Below, piece by piece: positions 59,257-64,000 of a DNA stretch of 64,000 bases. The stretch is from Fibrobacterales bacterium (lineage in GTDB: Bacteria > Fibrobacterota > Fibrobacteria > Fibrobacterales > JAOPTW01), in contig JAOPTX010000012.1 of the NCBI GenBank assembly GCA_051532055.1, forward strand, positions 1 to 64,000, read 5' to 3'. Position 1 is the stretch's first letter, and each line of letters starts with the position of its first letter. Both the position numbers and the translations under genes were made by a program. Below the pieces are notes generated by a model. That model was not told where the DNA came from. It saw only the letters and a program-made list of their open reading frames with translations, and ran no database searches.

Positions 59257-60109
59257 TATTGGTGTTGTTGCCTATTCGAATGACCCTTTATTGGGTAAAG
59301 CTCTTGATACTATCGTATCATGGTCCAAAAAACAGAAGAATCTTCGTATTATGATACAGGAGCATATTGAGTATAGCTCTGATGATGTGGAATTAACTAA
59401 AGACGACGATATACGCGAAGCAGATGTAATTATTTCTATCGGTGGAGATGGTACCTTTCTGACTGCAGCTCGTATTGTAGCTGGTAAAGAGACTCCCATT
59501 TTAGGTATTAATTTAGGTACCGTAGGATTCTTAACTGATTATCCTATTACCTTTCTTGAAGATGCGCTTAAAGACCTCAAACGTAAAGAGTTTAAAGTTC
59601 GTGATAGGATTATGCTTAACCTGACAATAATTGACAAGGATAAGATTCTATATTCTAACTATGCCCTTAATGAAGTCCTGCTTAAACCAGTGAAAGCTCA
59701 AATGAATAACCTTTCTGTTACTATTGATGATAAACATTTAACCGTCTACAAAGCGGATTCATTAATGATTTCAACTCCTACGGGCTCAACAGCATACAAT
59801 TTGGCGGCAGGCGGCCCCATTGTCTACCCTAAAACCCAAGCATTAATAATTAACCCTATTAATCCATCTTCATTGACTGTTCGCCCTATGATTATTCCTG
59901 CAGACTCAGTGATTATGATTACGGAAGTTATGTCTGAACCATTACAACTTGTAATGGATGGCCGTGTGACCTTTACTATGAAAAAGGGGTGTACTATCAT
60001 TATAAAGAAAAGTAAATGGTGTACCCGAATAGTACGTTCACCGCAGTATGGTTTTATGGATGCCCTTAAAGATAAACTGGGCTGGTCAGGTCAACCCCAC
60101 ATTAATTAA
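59243..60109 (+). CDS. nadK: NAD kinase
   Basis: GGDGTFL, GINLGTVGFL, ALNE, STPTGSTAYNLAAGGP. Confidence 0.96.
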   Translation: MKFNSIGVVAYSNDPLLGKALDTIVSWSKKQKNLRIMIQEHIEYSSDDVELTKDDDIREADVIISIGGDGTFLTAARIVAGKETPILGINLGTVGFLTDYPITFLEDALKDLKRKEFKVRDRIMLNLTIIDKDKILYSNYALNEVLLKPVKAQMNNLSVTIDDKHLTVYKADSLMISTPTGSTAYNLAAGGPIVYPKTQALIINPINPSSLTVRPMIIPADSVIMITEVMSEPLQLVMDGRVTFTMKKGCTIIIKKSKWCTRIVRSPQYGFMDALKDKLGWSGQPHIN

Positions 60110-60121
60110 AGGAAAAGAGTA

Positions 60122-61780
60122 ATGTTAGTAGAGCTTAAAATTAAAAACCTTGTGCTTATAGAGGAGCTCACACTCAACTTTAGAAATGGTCTTGTTGCAG
60201 TAACTGGTGAGACCGGTGCAGGTAAATCTATATTCCTTTCATCATTAAAGCTTCTCAGTGGCATTAAAGCAAGTAACCAGATGATCCGCCAGGGCACTGA
60301 CAAAACTACCGTTGAAGGCACCTTTAACATCAGTGATTTTCCTGAAATAAAAACCTACCTCAAAGCAATAGCTATTGACGAGGATGACGAAATTATCATC
60401 CATCGAGAAATTTTTGCAAATGGCAAATCTAAAGCACGAATCAATGGCACACTCGTTAATTTGGGTGACTTGCAAAAGCTCGGCCCTCAATTGATTCAAC
60501 TCCATGGGCAAAGTGAACAGACACTTCTTAAGGATATTAAGACCCATATTGATGTTCTGGATAATTATGGACAGCATAGTCCACTCATAGAAAGGTACGG
60601 TTCTGAGTATCGCACTGTCCAAAAAATTCAACGCAAATTAGACGACCTCTCTGCCCAAGTAAAAAGCCTTGCTGAACAGGAAGATTTTTTAAAGTTTCAG
60701 CTTAAAGAACTTGATGATGCAGATATTAAAGATAATGAAGATATTGAGATAGAATCTATACTATCGGAATTAGGTAACTTTGAAGATATCAGCCGTCTAA
60801 AAAATGATTCTGAATATCTTTTAGACACCGCCCAAGAGAGTGTTCTTTCAAAGTTAAGTTCACTCCAGCAAATGATCATTAAGCTTGATGGCTTTTCTGA
60901 CAATTTTAGTGAAACGCCCCAACTCATACAAAGCCTTATAGAGGGTGCAGAAGAGCTAAAAATAAAACTTCAATCAGTTAATGTAACCAGTGAGTATTCA
61001 CCCTCACAGATTGATACATTTAATAGCCGCCTCTCAAAAATTCAGCGTTTACAACGGAAATTTAAAACAGATGTCTCAGGACTCATAGAGCTTCGTGAAA
61101 AAAGACGTATAGAGATTGAATCAATTAGCAATCAAGAGGTCTCATTTAAAGATCTAGAGTTTGAAATTATTGAGAAGAAAAAGATACTCACTGCCCTCGC
61201 ACTTAAAATTTCTAATGCACGGAAGAAGTCGGCTAAACAGCTTGATTCTGAAATTCAAGGCAACCTCAATAGCCTTGGAATGGAAGGGGCTACATTCTTA
61301 ACACAAATTGTCGATAGTGATACTTTTGGTCCTCATGGCAAAGATACTGTAGAATTTTATATTTCTCCTAATGTTGGTGAAGGGGCAAAACCGCTAAAGT
61401 CGACCTTGAGTGGTGGTGAGCTTTCACGATTTATGCTCAGCTTAAAATCGGCACTTGCCCAACGCGATAAAGTACCCGTACTCGTCTTTGATGAAGTTGA
61501 TAGTGGTATCGGGGGGAATATTGCTCACCATATTGCTGAATGCCTTAATACCCTTGGACTCTATCATCAAGTATTTGCCATAACACACCTCCATCAGATT
61601 GCCGGTAAAGCGCGCCATCAGATCCAGGTTAAAAAACAGACTATTGATAGCAGAACGCATACAACAGTTGTTACATTAACGAAAGAAGAACGCATCGAAG
61701 AGATTGCACGCATGATGGGGGGGCAAGATTCCGAAGCAATTCGTGGTCATGCTGAAGAACTCATTGAAAAAGCGGTGTAA
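60122..61780 (+). CDS. recN: DNA repair protein RecN
   Basis: TGETGAGKS, LHGQ, SGGELSR, FDEVDSGIGG, ITHLHQIA, EEIARM. Confidence 0.97.
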   Translation: MLVELKIKNLVLIEELTLNFRNGLVAVTGETGAGKSIFLSSLKLLSGIKASNQMIRQGTDKTTVEGTFNISDFPEIKTYLKAIAIDEDDEIIIHREIFANGKSKARINGTLVNLGDLQKLGPQLIQLHGQSEQTLLKDIKTHIDVLDNYGQHSPLIERYGSEYRTVQKIQRKLDDLSAQVKSLAEQEDFLKFQLKELDDADIKDNEDIEIESILSELGNFEDISRLKNDSEYLLDTAQESVLSKLSSLQQMIIKLDGFSDNFSETPQLIQSLIEGAEELKIKLQSVNVTSEYSPSQIDTFNSRLSKIQRLQRKFKTDVSGLIELREKRRIEIESISNQEVSFKDLEFEIIEKKKILTALALKISNARKKSAKQLDSEIQGNLNSLGMEGATFLTQIVDSDTFGPHGKDTVEFYISPNVGEGAKPLKSTLSGGELSRFMLSLKSALAQRDKVPVLVFDEVDSGIGGNIAHHIAECLNTLGLYHQVFAITHLHQIAGKARHQIQVKKQTIDSRTHTTVVTLTKEERIEEIARMMGGQDSEAIRGHAEELIEKAV

Positions 61781-61797
61781 TTAAATAGGTTTGTCCC

Positions 61798-62958
61798 ATG
61801 AATGATACACACTTGAAACCCAAACGTCTTAAGGGACGCATCTGGTGGATTACTCGTCTTACCTTATTCCTCCCTATTCTCTATTTCATCTCTATGGGCC
61901 AACGTTGGGAGGCTTTTATTGGCCTCATGATTATGCTTGGCATGGGATACTACTCAGCATTTCAGCTGAAATATGGTGAGATTGAAAAACCCTATTACAA
62001 GTTATGGCTTAATATAATAGAAGCCTTTCTCTCTGTTGGTGTTCTCAGTTATATCCTCTTTATCTACCTTAAAGATCCTGAAAAAATGATTCCTGGGTTT
62101 CTCATAGGTGGCATTTCACTCTTAGTAGTTCGCATTATAAGTTTCACCATATTTACCATTGCTCTCATTCGTGAAAATAAACCACTCCACAATTCCCGTT
62201 TTTGGTCAAAAGTCTGTAAACTCTCTATCATTGCAACAACAAGTGTCTACGTACTCGATATCGATAACTTTAAAGAGATTGCCATGGGGCTCACCATATT
62301 GCTCCTTCTTGCCTCGTCCCTTGCCTACCTGTATGGCTATTATCGCGATCCTGATCATAGAAAACCACTGAGTATAGCCTCTCAAATAACCGTGAGTCGT
62401 ATTGTACTCACCCCTGTATTTATCCCTGTATTTTTCTACGACAACAATTTTAATTTTGAAGATAATAACAGTGTTTTTAAATGGCTCGCCCTTCTCATGG
62501 TTATCGTCTTTATGGCAACAGACTTTTTAGATGGATATATTGCTCGAAAAATGAATGAGGTATCAACCTTAGGCAAATACCTTGACCCTTTCTCAGATAA
62601 GATATCAAATATGACCATTTTTATGTGTTTCATGGTTTCGGGATATGCATCTGTTTGGATGATAGCCCTTATATATTTTAGAGAAGCCAGTGTAGAGACT
62701 CTGAGAACACTTGCTGCCAACGAAGGTATCGTCATTTCAGCACGTCGCAGTGGCAAATGGAAAACGGCAATTCAAGGTGCTGGTGTCATGTGGATTCTTA
62801 TTGGTGCCTTAGATATTGTACACACATCAGTTCCTAACTGGTCTACCATTTGGAATTATTATCCCTATGCCATTATGTCAGTCATCACCATAGTGACTAT
62901 GCTTTCGGGAATAGACTATTTTGTATCAAACAAAGCAGTCTTAAAGAAGTATCTATAA
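61798..62958 (+). CDS. pgsA: CDP-diacylglycerol--glycerol-3-phosphate phosphatidyltransferase-like protein with an N-terminal membrane extension
   Basis: C-terminal half: ITVSRI, TDFLDGYIAR, GKYLDPFSDK, RE...LR, GKWKT, SGIDYF. Confidence 0.82.
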   Translation: MNDTHLKPKRLKGRIWWITRLTLFLPILYFISMGQRWEAFIGLMIMLGMGYYSAFQLKYGEIEKPYYKLWLNIIEAFLSVGVLSYILFIYLKDPEKMIPGFLIGGISLLVVRIISFTIFTIALIRENKPLHNSRFWSKVCKLSIIATTSVYVLDIDNFKEIAMGLTILLLLASSLAYLYGYYRDPDHRKPLSIASQITVSRIVLTPVFIPVFFYDNNFNFEDNNSVFKWLALLMVIVFMATDFLDGYIARKMNEVSTLGKYLDPFSDKISNMTIFMCFMVSGYASVWMIALIYFREASVETLRTLAANEGIVISARRSGKWKTAIQGAGVMWILIGALDIVHTSVPNWSTIWNYYPYAIMSVITIVTMLSGIDYFVSNKAVLKKYL

Positions 62959-62967
62959 CGGTCAACT

Positions 62968-63336
62968 ATGGAAGCATTAGGACGACATAGTATTATAGAG
63001 TTTTATGAGTGTACCTTTGATGCACTCTGTGATCATACCGTTCTGGAACAACAAATGGTTACCGCTGCAGAAAAGAGTGGCGCTACCGTAGTGAGCAGTA
63101 ATTTTCACACATTTAACCCTTATGGGGTCAGTGGGGTTGTTGTAATTGCAGAATCCCACCTTACCATACATACATGGCCCGAGCACAATTATGCTGCTGT
63201 AGATATCTTTACCTGTGGTTCAACCCTTGAAGCAAGTCATGCTATTGATTATTTGACATTAGTACTGGGGAGTAGTCGAGTAACGACTGAGGAGCTCAGG
63301 CGCGGCATTGCATTAGGCGTTGCTCAGCACCCATAA
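62968..63336 (+). CDS. speD: S-adenosylmethionine decarboxylase proenzyme (class 1B, pyruvoyl)
   Basis: LGRH, GVSGVVVIAESHLTIHTWPE, DIFTCG. Confidence 0.92.
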   Translation: MEALGRHSIIEFYECTFDALCDHTVLEQQMVTAAEKSGATVVSSNFHTFNPYGVSGVVVIAESHLTIHTWPEHNYAAVDIFTCGSTLEASHAIDYLTLVLGSSRVTTEELRRGIALGVAQHP

Positions 63337-63346
63337 TATTCTGGTT

Positions 63347-63934
63347 TCACTCCCCTTGGGCGATTACGAGCAGCGCATCAGGGTCAATACTCTGGCCAAG
63401 CGCAGCTTCAAATTCACCATCCCAATATTCAATCGTTATGGTTTTTGATTCAGACTCATCAGAAAAATTCCAATAGTTATGTTCTTCACTCGTAAGTGAC
63501 ATCCCTCGAAAGAAGTTTGCACATCCATACTCTTCGAAAAAGTATTCGGTGTCATCAAAAAAGAAGCTCCCACTTTCGCTCTCTATAAAACGATCAAGGT
63601 CTTTGGAAACAACATTGAGTTCGCGCATAGTAGGGAACTGTGTATAATGAGTCATAGATATCTCATCATCCTCATCCCACTCTAAAAAAGAGTTTTGGGC
63701 AGTAACAAGACTTTTCAGTTTGAGCTCATACCACTCATCACCGCCATCAGCATATCCATTTTTTTCGGTTACCAAATAAAAGTGCTTATTAAGAGTAATA
63801 GTATCCCCCTCTTTAACCACTTTAACAGACAATCGAGGACGATCACTGGGAAGTACCACACCATTGATGGTGCGGATATCAGAGATGAGCTTTTTGACTG
63901 TTTTTCTTTTCATATTATTACTCGTTCGAATCAT
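63347..63934 (-). CDS. DUF4178 domain protein
   Basis: WYELKL, FLEWDEDDE, YFFEEYG, YWNF, ITIEYWDGE, GQSIDP pattern; start could instead be ATG 63913. Confidence 0.7.
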   Translation of the reverse strand: MIRTSNNMKRKTVKKLISDIRTINGVVLPSDRPRLSVKVVKEGDTITLNKHFYLVTEKNGYADGGDEWYELKLKSLVTAQNSFLEWDEDDEISMTHYTQFPTMRELNVVSKDLDRFIESESGSFFFDDTEYFFEEYGCANFFRGMSLTSEEHNYWNFSDESESKTITIEYWDGEFEAALGQSIDPDALLVIAQGE

Positions 63935-64000
63935 TGCTCAATTGTGGCGATGTAGTTGTATTGTGGAGGGCTTTTTGACGCACAGAAAGGTCGCTTGAAA

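Overview
AT-rich bacterial chromosomal window made mostly of housekeeping genes. I infer Fibrobacterota or a related FCB lineage from protein architectures; this is not proven. From 1-25 kb the genes are mostly on the minus strand: TPR/acidic protein, Trm112, accA, two GT2 genes plus a DUF2723/TMEM260-like GT-C, nusB, rib genes, PfkB kinase, rhomboid, coaD, rsmD, pilN/O-like, pilM, comEA, pyrG, kdsB, gatC, pcrA/uvrD and groESL. From 25-53 kb there are an orphan HicB, three large secreted modular proteins sharing a C-terminal module, a REC-STAS gene with hemN, two porins, a PPi-type PEP carboxykinase and lolC/E-lolD. From 53-64 kb there are a histone-H1-like protein with a DksA-type C4 finger, the lepA-CM-tyrA-aroA-like-nadK-recN-pgsA-speD cluster and a DUF4178 gene. 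I recognised no rRNA, tRNA, CRISPR or mobile element. The best candidate for an undescribed system is a protein O-mannosylation pathway: a polyprenol-P-mannose synthase, a GT2 and a TMEM260-like transferase, with candidate substrates in the same window that are enriched in D-[ST]-[AILVMT] sequons. Also notable are an AroA homolog lacking catalytic residues, a sigma54 promoter at groESL and sigma28-like promoters at two orphan genes. All calls come from reading motifs by eye; no searches were run.
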